In this document: positions 16,165 to 26,990 of the stretch, piece by piece
Layout of the letters: each line of letters begins with the position of its first letter
Numbering within the stretch: position 1 is the first letter of the stretch
DNA from: Bacteroidota bacterium
Lineage (GTDB): Bacteria; Bacteroidota; Bacteroidia; Bacteroidales; VadinHA17
Assembly (NCBI GenBank): GCA_022703405.1
Contig: JAKLDT010000001.1
Coordinates: forward strand, 1,523-65,522
Direction of reading: 5' to 3'
Length of the DNA stretch: 64,000 nt
Notes under the pieces: generated by a model
What the model saw: the letters and a program-made list of their open reading frames with translations, nothing else
The model's database searches: none
Told to the model about the DNA's origin: nothing
Program-made: the position numbers and the translations under genes

Positions 16165-17244
16165 TTATTTTTGTACAAAATCTGTTGTTTGACCAGTTTC
16201 AAATATCTCACTCCCCTGAGTATCTTCAAAATGAAAATGCACAATTTTCCCGGTACAGGCTACAAATGCAGAAAGTGAAAAGGGACTTACCCTGAATTTC
16301 ACTTTGTCAGTTTGCCTGATAGTATCGAAGTCCAGCTTATTGCCACATACTTCTGAATAACGGCAAAGTTTATATGTAATAACAATAAACATTGCATTAA
16401 GGTCAAAAAGAAACCTGTGCTTTGACTGTTCAGGCAGACTGAGTTCATTGATCATCCTGAACACCTTCACCCGCTGACTGTTAAGCGTGTTTAGAATCTC
16501 CCTGAAGTCTTGGCAGAAATGGATGTAAGTTTTAATACCTGCAACAGTATCTTTATGCATATCCTGGCAGTCATTCATCATCTGAATAAAGCCGCCTGTT
16601 TCATACAGTGATGAAAGAAGCTGTCTCTCATCCAGGCCTATTACCGATGCACAAAGCAGGACTGAAACTCCTCCCTTTTTTATTGTTAATTTATTAACAG
16701 CACTTTCTGTAACTGCATCAGAGAATTGTTCCCCGCTGTTAAGCTGAATATTAATAAGATCTGAGCTCTCACTTATTGTCTTCCAGAGTTCAGCGCCGGC
16801 TGCCTCTCTTAGCTTTCTCAGAAACAGGATACATATTTTAAGTACCGGAGCTGCCTCCTTGTATTCTTCAAGATCACCCCCGGAAAATGCCTGTTGCAGA
16901 AGGTCCTCTGTTACTTTCCTCCCGATCCTGTAATCATCAGTTACTATATCAATAAGCGCCATTACAGCACCCAGGTAAACAAGGATTTCAATATCCTTCC
17001 TTTCCGGTTTCTTCCCTGCAAGTGCACCGAGCATCTCACCTGTGACGAGAGTCTCAACCATGTACCACTGAATCTTTTTGTATACACGCGGTGCAACAGA
17101 TCCGTCATTGAGCTTATGTGCTTCTGTAATCACAGGTCTTGCAATATTCCGCACCCTGATGTGATACAGGCCATAAGTTTTATTGGCATTGAACATTTGC
17201 CAGGTAAGCCGGCAAAAATGGATGATATTGATATAGCTGACCAA
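16165..17244 (-). CDS. Divergent isoprenoid-synthase-fold protein (function unknown)
   Basis: FIQMMNDCQDMHKD fits the Q-x2-N-x3-D-x3-D pattern of the second Asp-rich motif of squalene/phytoene and polyprenyl synthases. LIDIVTDD is a possible first DxxxD motif. Confidence 0.35.
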   Translation of the reverse strand: MVSYINIIHFCRLTWQMFNANKTYGLYHIRVRNIARPVITEAHKLNDGSVAPRVYKKIQWYMVETLVTGEMLGALAGKKPERKDIEILVYLGAVMALIDIVTDDYRIGRKVTEDLLQQAFSGGDLEEYKEAAPVLKICILFLRKLREAAGAELWKTISESSDLINIQLNSGEQFSDAVTESAVNKLTIKKGGVSVLLCASVIGLDERQLLSSLYETGGFIQMMNDCQDMHKDTVAGIKTYIHFCQDFREILNTLNSQRVKVFRMINELSLPEQSKHRFLFDLNAMFIVITYKLCRYSEVCGNKLDFDTIRQTDKVKFRVSPFSLSAFVACTGKIVHFHFEDTQGSEIFETGQTTDFVQK

Positions 17245-17273
17245 GAATCTTTAACTGCGAAACTAACTAATTA

Positions 17274-18416
17274 TCAGACCGATTCAACAGCCTGCATCAT
17301 TGCCTTGCAGTAAGCTGCATTGTAGGTCCAGCCTGTATAGCCTGCATCGCCGGGATTTTTCCCTACGCCGCCCGGATATTCCCGGTCGTAATCAAGCGCT
17401 CTCGGATGTTCGGGGAAGATGCCGAACTTGTAACCCATACTGAATATTTCGCGCATTACTGCGAACATATTGACAGTACCCTCATCGAAAAATACTTCTT
17501 CATATTTAAGTGAAGGTGTCGTTGTTATCACATTTCTGTAATGAATATGGTTTATCCTGTCACGTGACCCAAGGTAATGCAGGACTTCAAGCGGATCCTC
17601 GCCTATTTCAACTGACACCCCGCAATCATAAGTCATTCCGTTTGACGGGCTGTCTACAATTGAGATGATCCGTTTCCAGTCGCTGAAGGTCGCAACTATC
17701 TGTGCATGACCGTGCGACTCAGGCACAGGAGGATCATTCGGATGAAGCGCCATTCTCACACCTGCCTTTTCGGCAACAGGGATAACAGCCTTCAGAAAAT
17801 ATGTAAGGTTTTCCCAGAGTTGTTCTGATGTAAGAGGTTTTCCCTCAGAAGGATCAGTGGGCAGGTTCTTCGCCCTGTCATAATCCATGCTGAGTGTTCC
17901 GGCTCCTCCGCGGGCAGAAGTATCATAATAACCATCCACAAACCGGTGTGCATAAAAGTTGTATTCGACAACAGGAAGTCCGACTGCACCTGCTGCCACA
18001 AGCGAATCCTGCACTTTCTGTATTTCCTCATCCCTTCCTTCACGGCCATATATTGCCTTGTCGAAACCGCCGATCATAAGGTTTATCAGGCTCAGTCCTT
18101 CTGAATTGTACATTTCCTGGTACTCCCTGAGGCTTTTTTCGGTCCAGGGCAGTCCCGGTCCGCCGCTTATGACATGGTTTACTCCTATCTGTTTCAGCTT
18201 CCGCATATAAGCCTTGTCAGATGTAGCCCACAGGCACATTTTGGGTTTATCGGGACCAAAAGTTACAGGCCATTGAACATCCTTCTTTTTAATATTGGCT
18301 CCGGTATCTGAAGCCGTTTTTTCTGCATTTCCTGAGCATGCTGACATTCCTGCCAGTGAAGCAGTTGCTGCATAAGCGGCACTCTTTCTGATAAAATCGC
18401 GACGGTTGTTTTTCAT
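17274..18416 (-). CDS. Mannonate-dehydratase (UxuA)-family protein with a Tat signal
   Basis: Twin-arginine signal NRRDFIRKSAAYAATASLAG. FLKAVIPVAEKAGVRMALHPNDPP aligns with E. coli UxuA [24 protein letters not shown]. Confidence 0.7.
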   Translation of the reverse strand: MKNNRRDFIRKSAAYAATASLAGMSACSGNAEKTASDTGANIKKKDVQWPVTFGPDKPKMCLWATSDKAYMRKLKQIGVNHVISGGPGLPWTEKSLREYQEMYNSEGLSLINLMIGGFDKAIYGREGRDEEIQKVQDSLVAAGAVGLPVVEYNFYAHRFVDGYYDTSARGGAGTLSMDYDRAKNLPTDPSEGKPLTSEQLWENLTYFLKAVIPVAEKAGVRMALHPNDPPVPESHGHAQIVATFSDWKRIISIVDSPSNGMTYDCGVSVEIGEDPLEVLHYLGSRDRINHIHYRNVITTTPSLKYEEVFFDEGTVNMFAVMREIFSMGYKFGIFPEHPRALDYDREYPGGVGKNPGDAGYTGWTYNAAYCKAMMQAVESV

Positions 18417-18439
18417 TGTTAGCTTATGTTTAACAGGTA

Positions 18440-20338
18440 TTATCTGAGAACAGGTAAAACAATATTGCTGGCATTCTGACTGTTATGTAATATTTTTATA
18501 GTTGCTTTCTGAAAATCGCTTTCTGAAGCCTGGTATATATTTAAAAATTTCTGTGGATTACGGTCTGCAAGCGGGAACCAGCTGCTCTGGATCTGTATCA
18601 TAATCCTGTGCCCCTTTCTGAAAGTATGTGCCACATCACCTGCATGGAATTTCACAGTTTCAGTTTTTCCAGGAAGAAAAGCTTCAGGCTTTTCAAAGCT
18701 GTTCCTGTATTTTCCCCTGAATATCTCACCGTGAACAAGCATCTGATATCCTCCCATCGGATATGCATTTTGAGCGTCATTCTCATCATAGATATCAACC
18801 GTGTTATATGAAAGGTTATCAGGAAAAACATCTATAAGCTTAACAACAAAATCAGCATCAGTGCCGGAAATAGCTGTGAAAAGCTCAGCTGTTATTGCTC
18901 CGGTAAGTGTCACATCTTCAGCAAGAACCTCTGTTTTAAATGAAAGAACATCTGGGCGTCTGTCGGCAAAGCGCTGATCATCAGTCATATACTCCCTTGT
19001 TCTGTTATAATGAACATCCTCTGTATAGGGAACTGGCTTTGAGGGATCATTGAGATATTCGGAATATGAATCTGCTGCCGAAGGTTTATTCCAGCTCAGT
19101 TTACCTCCTTCAGTAAAATAAATCTTCCTGTCAGTTTTACCTGCCGGAGGCCATTTGTCAAAGTTTTTCCATTCATTTGACCCTGTAATGAAAATATTAG
19201 CCTCTGCAATTTTATCAATACTCCCTTTGCCCTTCAGAAAATACTGAAAAAATGGTATCTCAATATTCTGCTGATACCACAGGGAAGTATTACTTCCGAA
19301 ATGAATGTTGCCCAGATGTGTTCCGTCTTTTCCTGCCCATTGCGTATGATACCAGGGACCCATCACAAGTTTGTTGAACTCTTTTCCGGGATTATTTTCT
19401 TCAGCAGCCTTGTAGGCATTCCATGCTCCCCAGTTGTCCTCGGCATCAAAATGACCACCCACCCACAACATTGCAGGTTTAAGGGTCCTGGTGGCATTCC
19501 GGGCATCTCTTGCCTGCCACCATTCATCATAGTCGGGATGGGCATAAAGATCTTTCCAGAATTTCACGCTGTCACCGGCAAGCCTTGCAAAAGATTGAAG
19601 CGTTCCTGTTTCAAGGAAAAACTTGTAATTGTCATGATCGGGAACATCAACAGTAGCAGGACGTTTTGTTGTCGGTAAGGGCCTGGGCAGTCCGAATCCG
19701 GCTCCCATTGCCGGGTAAAAGCTGAAAGCATCGAGCAGGAAGAAGGTACCGTTACGATGGAAATCGTCGCCGATGAACCAGTTTGTAACAGGAGCCTGCG
19801 GACTTACGGCAACAAGAGCCGGGTGACCACTTGCGGCGGCCATTGTGGAATAGAATCCCGGATAGGAAATACCGTAAACTCCAGCCTTTCCGCTGTTGCC
19901 GGGAATATTTTTTATCAGCCAGTCAATAGCATCATAAGTATCACTGGCCTCATCAATATCATTTTTACCTTTTTTATCCGGATTGAAAGGGCGGATATCA
20001 ACGAATTCCCCTTCACTCATCCACCGCCCGCGGACATCCTGGGTAACCATAATATAACCCTCCCTTAAATAAGCCATAGTGTATGAATTCCAGAATTTCT
20101 TCCACCTTGCTGTACCGTATGGAGAACATGAATAGGGTGTCCTGTCCATCAGGATCGGGTGCTTCTCTGACTTATCCCTGGGCAGGTAAATTGCCGTAAA
20201 AAGCCTTACTCCGTCGCGCATGGGTATCATGACCTCCATTTTGGTATAGTTGTTTACCACCCAGATACTGTCCTGATTCTGGGCAAACAAGCCCGAAAAA
20301 CATGTTATAAAACATAAAATGAAAAAGTATTTTTTCAT
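18440..20338 (-). CDS. CocE/NonD-family (S15) serine hydrolase / Xaa-Pro dipeptidyl-peptidase-like
   Basis: MRDGVRLFTAIYLPRD...HPILMDRTPY N-terminal signature and GISYPGFYS nucleophile elbow. The start is taken at the MKKYFFILCF signal peptide. Confidence 0.75.
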   Translation of the reverse strand: MKKYFFILCFITCFSGLFAQNQDSIWVVNNYTKMEVMIPMRDGVRLFTAIYLPRDKSEKHPILMDRTPYSCSPYGTARWKKFWNSYTMAYLREGYIMVTQDVRGRWMSEGEFVDIRPFNPDKKGKNDIDEASDTYDAIDWLIKNIPGNSGKAGVYGISYPGFYSTMAAASGHPALVAVSPQAPVTNWFIGDDFHRNGTFFLLDAFSFYPAMGAGFGLPRPLPTTKRPATVDVPDHDNYKFFLETGTLQSFARLAGDSVKFWKDLYAHPDYDEWWQARDARNATRTLKPAMLWVGGHFDAEDNWGAWNAYKAAEENNPGKEFNKLVMGPWYHTQWAGKDGTHLGNIHFGSNTSLWYQQNIEIPFFQYFLKGKGSIDKIAEANIFITGSNEWKNFDKWPPAGKTDRKIYFTEGGKLSWNKPSAADSYSEYLNDPSKPVPYTEDVHYNRTREYMTDDQRFADRRPDVLSFKTEVLAEDVTLTGAITAELFTAISGTDADFVVKLIDVFPDNLSYNTVDIYDENDAQNAYPMGGYQMLVHGEIFRGKYRNSFEKPEAFLPGKTETVKFHAGDVAHTFRKGHRIMIQIQSSWFPLADRNPQKFLNIYQASESDFQKATIKILHNSQNASNIVLPVLR

Positions 20339-20499
20339 GACTGCAGTAATTAGTAAAGGCTTATAATAAGGTATTTCATGCAATATAATAAATATATTTT
20401 GCCTCTGGAACAGAGCCTGCTTCGAAATTTTGCAGCCTGGGAAAAGTGAATATTAAAGCATGAATTAAATTCCGATAGTGAACTGTATCAGTGGCTTTT

Positions 20500-21672
20500 T
20501 CAGTAGCGAGTGGAAAATTTCCTTGCATAGCCTATTACAGGGATGGGGAAAACATCGCTTCCGGTAGGTCCGTCTATGCTCCAGGCATTATGATTGTTGT
20601 ATGGGGATGGTACCTCTCCGTATATCATTGAAATAAATGACAGCCCAATCTGCCAGCACCTCACATCCTTCGACTTGTTTATAAATCTGAAACCAATCAG
20701 GTTATAAATGAATGTTGCATTTAAATCAAATGATCCCTCTGTCGAATAGCCTTTTGAATAATCATAATTCCATGCTGTTTTCCTCTGTTTTGAAAAAGAA
20801 ATATAATTCTCGGTAATAAAATAGATATGATCAGATATCCTTCCAAGTGCCGAAATATTAAGAACCGGAGCATCGAAACCGTTGCTTATTTCCCGGCCTC
20901 CGAAAGCCAGGTATCCTCCTCCAGCGGTGAAATGGCTGGTCCGGTTTCCCCTCGTATACGTGATATACAGAAGGTTACCCGTGAACTTAGAACCATAAGT
21001 CCCTATCATAAGCATATCACCGAGGGCTATTGATGATTTTTCATTGACCGGAAAGGATACTTTTGGAGTCAGATAGAATGGAAAACCAATAATACTTGTC
21101 CCCATGCCAAGCGAAAAATCATTGCTTATACCATATTGAACATCATGCAGAAAGAAATACAAGGTATTATAGTATAATTCTCCTTTTTCAAGATTGTATG
21201 AAGAAGGTGCAAAGAAATATCGCGATCTGTGCTGACCGGGATCTATCGGAGGCAGTGTTTCCGGCTGAAGTGCTGTACCTGGAATTGCCACGGGAACATC
21301 TTTATAAGGATTTCTGATAATTTCGGTAATGGAATAATACAGCAGAAGTGCTTTTTCCTGGTCTGTTGCACTGAATATAACCGATCCGAGGTTTTTGCTG
21401 CCGGCAGTCTTGTCAATGCAGTCGGTTATTATTAACTGAAGATCATTCCCTGTTTTTGACAGCCTTGCAAACCAATAGTCACATCTCTTCCTGTTGTCAA
21501 TCATCCTGGTCAGGCTTAAAGAATCATTTCCCAGTCGTGTGGCCAGATTTGCCTCAGCAGAATCATTCAGAAAAGCAGCCCTGTCATCAATTGACAGTAA
21601 TTTCTGAGCTGACAAGGGTGCGGATAGCAGAAGCGCAAGAGTTAATGCAAGATAACTTAGCTTCATTTTCAA
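20500..21672 (-). CDS. Hypothetical exported (possibly outer-membrane) protein
   Basis: Signal peptide. The C-terminal half is rich in alternating aromatic/Gly segments and ends in an aromatic residue (STRY). Confidence 0.45.
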   Translation of the reverse strand: MKMKLSYLALTLALLLSAPLSAQKLLSIDDRAAFLNDSAEANLATRLGNDSLSLTRMIDNRKRCDYWFARLSKTGNDLQLIITDCIDKTAGSKNLGSVIFSATDQEKALLLYYSITEIIRNPYKDVPVAIPGTALQPETLPPIDPGQHRSRYFFAPSSYNLEKGELYYNTLYFFLHDVQYGISNDFSLGMGTSIIGFPFYLTPKVSFPVNEKSSIALGDMLMIGTYGSKFTGNLLYITYTRGNRTSHFTAGGGYLAFGGREISNGFDAPVLNISALGRISDHIYFITENYISFSKQRKTAWNYDYSKGYSTEGSFDLNATFIYNLIGFRFINKSKDVRCWQIGLSFISMIYGEVPSPYNNHNAWSIDGPTGSDVFPIPVIGYARKFSTRY

Positions 21673-21676
21673 TATA

Positions 21677-21874
21677 TTATGGAAGATCTCTCAGATACTG
21701 CTTTCTCTCAATGTCAATTTCCATTTTTTGTGCAATTGAAAACTCTGTTCCGCATTCAACGCATACATAATTTGTAAGGAAAGCCCCCGAATAATACTCC
21801 CGCTCCAAATGAGGATGATCACAAGGTTTTTCTCCCCACTCCTTCTTAATTTTCTGAGCTGTGTAATATTCCAT
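21677..21874 (-). CDS. Small Cys/His-containing hypothetical protein
   Basis: 65-aa ORF with a 4-nt gap to the downstream gene. Contains CDHPH...CVEC (possible zinc ribbon). Confidence 0.4.
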   Translation of the reverse strand: MEYYTAQKIKKEWGEKPCDHPHLEREYYSGAFLTNYVCVECGTEFSIAQKMEIDIERKQYLRDLP

Positions 21875-22028
21875 AACTAACTCTTTTTCAAATAATGAAC
21901 ACTATTAAAGGTATGAAAAAAAACTATCAATGCCAAGAGAAAACTGACAATTAACATTTTCTGTAAAATAGTTTCATTATATTGGTATTTAACAATCAGG
22001 CCTGAACCCTAATCAAAAAGATCATCCA

Positions 22029-22529
22029 ATGAAAAGATCTATCTTGTTACTATACATTGTCTTACTGGCAGGACTGCTTACACAGGCTGTCGGCCAGGAC
22101 AGTAATATCAGAGCCGGTATTGATTCAGTCAATACGGTTCTTAAAGCAAATCCCTACTATGACGGATTCAATGAAATAGCGTTTAATTACACTGTAAGCA
22201 TCACAAATGAAAGAGAACTTGTTGTTGAAATGAATTTCGATGGGCCCTTCAAATGGATATACAAGGCAAAAATTGATGATCTGGAACTTAACCTGAGAAA
22301 TGAGCCCTGCAGGGAATCTCCCTCTTCTGTATGCTGGGTATGCAAAAAAAATGAAACAGGAGTACCGGGAAACTGTATTCAGGCTGAAATGCTGATGACT
22401 GACGGAGGATCGCAGAAAGAAAATGCAAGCAACATCTGTATCAGTTTTTCAGCAAGGGGAGGCATCTGCAACAGTATCTACTACAGTATGAACAGGCTGA
22501 TGACTAATGTTATGAATAGTAACAGGTAA
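22029..22529 (+). CDS. Hypothetical secreted Cys-containing protein
   Basis: Signal peptide MKRSILLLYIVLLAGLLTQAVG. Confidence 0.5.
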   Translation: MKRSILLLYIVLLAGLLTQAVGQDSNIRAGIDSVNTVLKANPYYDGFNEIAFNYTVSITNERELVVEMNFDGPFKWIYKAKIDDLELNLRNEPCRESPSSVCWVCKKNETGVPGNCIQAEMLMTDGGSQKENASNICISFSARGGICNSIYYSMNRLMTNVMNSNR

Positions 22530-22550
22530 ATCAAATAAGATAAATAAGAC

Positions 22551-24527
22551 ATGAAATCTTTCTGCCGGCTACTGCTGCTGCTTTTTCTGACAACAGCATG
22601 CACAGGGAATAAACCCGATGTAAAAAAGATTGGAAACAGGGGGATACACTCAACTGAAACAGAGCTTGAATCATTCACCGACATTGGATCCCTAGGCAGG
22701 TATTCTGATAAAGCTGTTTGTGCACAGACTTCCTCATGGGATACAACAGGGGGAAACGATGACGGCTTCAGCGGAAAATATTCCTTCCTCAGGAAAAATG
22801 AAGATGGATCTCTTGTAGTCTTTGAGGTCAGGGGCAGCGGTGTAATAAACAGGATATGGACTCCCACGCCAAACAGTGATACTCTTGATTTCTACATTGA
22901 CGATTTTACAAAACCCTCTTTTTCAGTATCATTCATTGATCTTTTTTCAGGAAAAGTATATCCCTTTGTAAAGCCTCTCTGCGGAAATCAGCTTGGAGGT
23001 TATTACTGCTACCTTCCTGTTACATTCAGTGAAGGATGCAGAATTGTTTCAAGGGGAAACAGGATACAGTTTCATCAGATACAGTACCGCTTATACAATG
23101 ACGGTATTAAAGTGATCCCCTTCTCAATGCAACCTTCTGTAGAAACAAAGGACCTGCTGAATAAAATATCAGAACTCTGGGACAGCAAAAGAATCAGTGT
23201 AAGTGATATTTACAACAGCAAAATCACAACAGAAACAACTGAAACAGAACTCATTCCGGGCGGTAGTAAAAAAATTTTTGATCTGAAAAAGGGAGGAAGG
23301 ATTCTTGGAATTGAAATATCACCGGCTTCTGCTTTTGAAGGACTTTTTAAAAATACCGATATCAGGATCACCTGGGACAATGCAAAAACACCTGCTGTGT
23401 ACTGCCCGCTTGCTGATTTTTTCGGCTATGCTTATGGTACACCTTCAATGCAGAGCTTTTTGCATGGCAGCAACGGTGAATACAATTACTGCTACTTCCC
23501 TATGCCCTTCGACAGGAGCGCAAAAATTGAACTGATAACAAGGAAGGCTGAAGGTAATAACTCTGTGTCACAGAAGATTGTTGCAAGAATATTGTATTCA
23601 GACGAAAAGAGGGATCCTGAAAAAGAAGGAAGGTTTAATGCCTACTGGAATAAAAACAATCCTGCGAAAAAGGGTGTGCCTCATACTCTTGCAGATATAA
23701 AAGGCAGGGGACATTATATCGGGACTATCCTTCAGGCACAGGGATTAAAGGCAGGGATGACCCTTTTCTTTGAAGGCGATGACTCCACTGCTGTTGACGG
23801 AGAATTCAGGATGCACGGTACAGGTTCTGAAGATTACTTCAACGGGGGATGGTACGCACTGATGGACCGGTGGGACGGCAGGATGAGCCTGCCGCTTCAT
23901 GGCTCGCTCGGTTACTCTCTGCCATTCTGCAGAACAGGAGGATACCGTCTGTTTATCAGCGATAAGATCTCCTTTGAAAAAAGCCTTTTCCACAGCATTG
24001 AACACGGACCCACAGAGAATGCATTTCCTGCAGACTACACTTCCGTTGCCTTTTATTACTCTGATTCCCAGCCGGAAATAACTGCTGTTCCTTCGAATGA
24101 GACTTCATTTGTATACATGCCCGATACGCTTTTCCTTTATCCGCAGCTTATGAACCTGACGTTGTCGGGCAGCATAGGCATAGAGACTACATGGAAATAC
24201 GGCACGGGTGGTGAGACATATACTTTCACACCGGGCAGCGAATCATCTGTAAGAATATCAATGCAGGAAATACCTGAAGGCAGCTACAAAATGTACTTCG
24301 ACATAATCTCTCAACCTTATGGCTGCGACTTTTCAGTCTGGCAGAGACAGACTCAGCTGACTGACTGGCTTTCAGCTTATGGAAAAACTGAAGAAAGAAT
24401 TTACGGGCTCTATGTATGTGACCTGGATATCAGCCGGATGAAAAATACAATAACAACAAGGTTCCGCACAGAAAAAGGAAGGACAGGGATGCTGCTGAAC
24501 AGGATCATTCTGATAAGAAAGCACTGA
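22551..24527 (+). CDS. DUF2961 / GH172-like glycoside hydrolase, lipoprotein
   Basis: HGTGSEDYFNGGWY matches the conserved GTEDYFxGGW segment of DUF2961 proteins. Lipoprotein-type signal (LFLTTACTG). Confidence 0.7.
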   Translation: MKSFCRLLLLLFLTTACTGNKPDVKKIGNRGIHSTETELESFTDIGSLGRYSDKAVCAQTSSWDTTGGNDDGFSGKYSFLRKNEDGSLVVFEVRGSGVINRIWTPTPNSDTLDFYIDDFTKPSFSVSFIDLFSGKVYPFVKPLCGNQLGGYYCYLPVTFSEGCRIVSRGNRIQFHQIQYRLYNDGIKVIPFSMQPSVETKDLLNKISELWDSKRISVSDIYNSKITTETTETELIPGGSKKIFDLKKGGRILGIEISPASAFEGLFKNTDIRITWDNAKTPAVYCPLADFFGYAYGTPSMQSFLHGSNGEYNYCYFPMPFDRSAKIELITRKAEGNNSVSQKIVARILYSDEKRDPEKEGRFNAYWNKNNPAKKGVPHTLADIKGRGHYIGTILQAQGLKAGMTLFFEGDDSTAVDGEFRMHGTGSEDYFNGGWYALMDRWDGRMSLPLHGSLGYSLPFCRTGGYRLFISDKISFEKSLFHSIEHGPTENAFPADYTSVAFYYSDSQPEITAVPSNETSFVYMPDTLFLYPQLMNLTLSGSIGIETTWKYGTGGETYTFTPGSESSVRISMQEIPEGSYKMYFDIISQPYGCDFSVWQRQTQLTDWLSAYGKTEERIYGLYVCDLDISRMKNTITTRFRTEKGRTGMLLNRIILIRKH

Positions 24528-24528
24528 A

Positions 24529-25791
24529 ATGACAACAGGGCATAATTTATTGAGAATAGCAGTAATGGGTGCCGGTGTAAGGGGCACAAATCTTGCACGG
24601 AAAGTCAGGTCTTCAGGTCTGCCGGCAGTAATAATTGCTGTTGCCGAACCTGATCCTGTTAAGAAGAACAGCTTCAGACAGGAATTCGGACTTGGCGAGG
24701 ATGCTGCATATAACACCTGGGCTGAATTGCTTGCAGGCGTCAAAGAATGTGATGCTGCAATAATTGCCACACTCGACAATCAGCATGCTGAACCTGCACT
24801 TGCATCTCTTGAACGGAACTGGCATATACTTATTGAAAAACCTTTGGCCGACACTCTCAGCGATTGCAGGCTTATAGTAAAAAAACAACAGGAGAAGAAC
24901 AGGGTTATAGCTGTTTGCCATACACTGAGGTTCATGGAAGCCTACAGAACTGTAAGAGACCTCGTTAAACAGGGTGCAGTAGGTGAAATTATCCACATTG
25001 AGCACATGGAAGCAATTGGTAATCTGCGATTTGCCCACAACTATGTCAGGAGCAGATGGTCACAGGAAAAGCTGAACACCTTCCTCCTGCTGCACAAATG
25101 CAGCCATGACATTGACTATATTTCATGGCTTATTGATGATGAATGCAGACAGGTTTCATCATTCGGTTCCCTTAAATATTTTACGGCCGCTAATGCACCT
25201 GAAGGCAGTACAAAGAAATGTACCGACGGCTGCAGGGTAGCTGAATCATGTCCATATAATGCAATTAAGCTGTATACAGATTCTCCTCTTGAGGAATGGC
25301 CGGCAAGGGATGCATGCCTTACGCATACAAGGGAAGCTCATCTTGAAGTAATAAAAAACGGTCCTCTTGGCAACTGTGTCTGGAAAGGTGATAATGATGT
25401 AGTTGATCACCAGGTTGTGATGATGGAATTCAGCAGAGGAACAACTGCAACATGCACTCTTACAGGATATTCCGCAACAAACGGCAGGAGAATCCGTGTG
25501 CAGGGCACAAAAGGTGAACTTCTGTTCGATGAAGCCGAAGGTACAATAAAGGTAAGTGAGTTTTATGGCGAGGGGCAGAAGACTATAAGAATCAAACAAC
25601 AAACAACATATCACCCTGAAGATCAGGATATTGTTAATGAATGGCTGAATTCTATCATGAGTGCGGGTTCGGTAACAGTTGATGCAAACGAAGCCCTGCG
25701 TACTCATGCACTTGTATTTGCAGCTGAACTGTCAAGGAAGGAAGGAAGGTTGATAAAAATGGATGAAATGCTGAATGCCTCTGAATTATAA
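24529..25791 (+). CDS. Gfo/Idh/MocA-family oxidoreductase
   Basis: N-terminal Rossmann motif RIAVMGAGVRG, then EKP (LIEKPLA) and a C-terminal alpha/beta domain. It starts 2 nt after the preceding gene. Confidence 0.8.
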   Translation: MTTGHNLLRIAVMGAGVRGTNLARKVRSSGLPAVIIAVAEPDPVKKNSFRQEFGLGEDAAYNTWAELLAGVKECDAAIIATLDNQHAEPALASLERNWHILIEKPLADTLSDCRLIVKKQQEKNRVIAVCHTLRFMEAYRTVRDLVKQGAVGEIIHIEHMEAIGNLRFAHNYVRSRWSQEKLNTFLLLHKCSHDIDYISWLIDDECRQVSSFGSLKYFTAANAPEGSTKKCTDGCRVAESCPYNAIKLYTDSPLEEWPARDACLTHTREAHLEVIKNGPLGNCVWKGDNDVVDHQVVMMEFSRGTTATCTLTGYSATNGRRIRVQGTKGELLFDEAEGTIKVSEFYGEGQKTIRIKQQTTYHPEDQDIVNEWLNSIMSAGSVTVDANEALRTHALVFAAELSRKEGRLIKMDEMLNASEL

Positions 25792-25830
25792 TTAAGTGCA
25801 GTTTTAACCCCAAAATAAACTATTGCTGAA

Positions 25831-26985
25831 ATGAAAACAAACAGAAGGAATTTCATAAGGAACACAGCCATTGCGGCTACAGCTATCTCAGTTGCCGGTC
25901 CTGCAGCTCTGGCATCAGGAACAGAAGCATCCAGGAACAAATTTCCAAGGTGGAAAGGATTCAATCTCCTCGATTTCTTCTCACCTGCACCTCCCGACGG
26001 ACCGGACAAGGGCAGATCGACTGAGGATGACTTCAAATGGATGAGCGACTGGGGCTTTGATTTTGTACGGATTCCAATGGCTTATCCAAGGTATCTTGCG
26101 ATAGACCGTACAAAGGACATAACAAAAGATGATGTCTACAAGCTTGACGAGAAAATGCTGAATGAGGTTGAAAACCTCGTTTATCTTGCAAACAAGTATA
26201 AAATGCATGTCAGCCTCAACCTTCACCGCGGTCCGGGATACTGCATCAATGCCGGTTTCCATGAGCCTTTCAACCTCTGGAAAGACAAGGACGCCCAGGA
26301 AGCATTCAATTATCACTGGAAAATGTGGGCTAAAAGATTCAGGAATATCTCTCCGGAACTGCTCAGCTTCGACCTTCTGAATGAGCCCGCATACATTGAG
26401 GATATGAATGACCAGTATGCAAAAAAAGGACCGGTTCCAGGACAGACCTACAGGCTTGTGATTGAAGGGGCAGCAAAAGCCATCAGAAGCGAGAGCCCTG
26501 ACAGACTGATAATTGCAGATGGCAATAATGTGGGAAACATGGTTTCCCCTGAGCTTATAGACCTGAATGTCGGACAGAGCTGCAGAGGATACTGGCCGGG
26601 AGTAATATCACATTACCAGGCATCATGGGTATGGAAAGATCCTTCAAAAGCTCCGACTCCGGTATGGCCCGGTACAATGGATGGCAAGTATTACGACAGA
26701 AAGGGACTTGAAGACCTTTATAAACCATGGATAGAGCTTAAGGACCAGGGAGTAGGCGTTCATTGCGGTGAATGCGGCTGCTGGAGAAATACACCACATG
26801 ATGTATTTCTTGCATGGTTCACCGATGTTATTGATATACTGACAAATGCAGGAATCGGTTATGCCTTGTGGAACTTCAGGGGCGACTTTGGCATACTTGA
26901 TTCAGGCCGCAAGGATATCCAGTATGCTGACTGGTACGGGCATAAGCTCGATAAGAAGCTGCTGGATCTGCTTAAAAAGTATTAG
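25831..26985 (+). CDS. GH5-like glycoside hydrolase with a Tat signal
   Basis: Twin-arginine signal NRRNFIRNTAIAATAISVAG. FDLLNEP contains the GH5 NEP acid/base motif. Confidence 0.7.
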   Translation: MKTNRRNFIRNTAIAATAISVAGPAALASGTEASRNKFPRWKGFNLLDFFSPAPPDGPDKGRSTEDDFKWMSDWGFDFVRIPMAYPRYLAIDRTKDITKDDVYKLDEKMLNEVENLVYLANKYKMHVSLNLHRGPGYCINAGFHEPFNLWKDKDAQEAFNYHWKMWAKRFRNISPELLSFDLLNEPAYIEDMNDQYAKKGPVPGQTYRLVIEGAAKAIRSESPDRLIIADGNNVGNMVSPELIDLNVGQSCRGYWPGVISHYQASWVWKDPSKAPTPVWPGTMDGKYYDRKGLEDLYKPWIELKDQGVGVHCGECGCWRNTPHDVFLAWFTDVIDILTNAGIGYALWNFRGDFGILDSGRKDIQYADWYGHKLDKKLLDLLKKY

Positions 26986-26990
26986 CTGAA

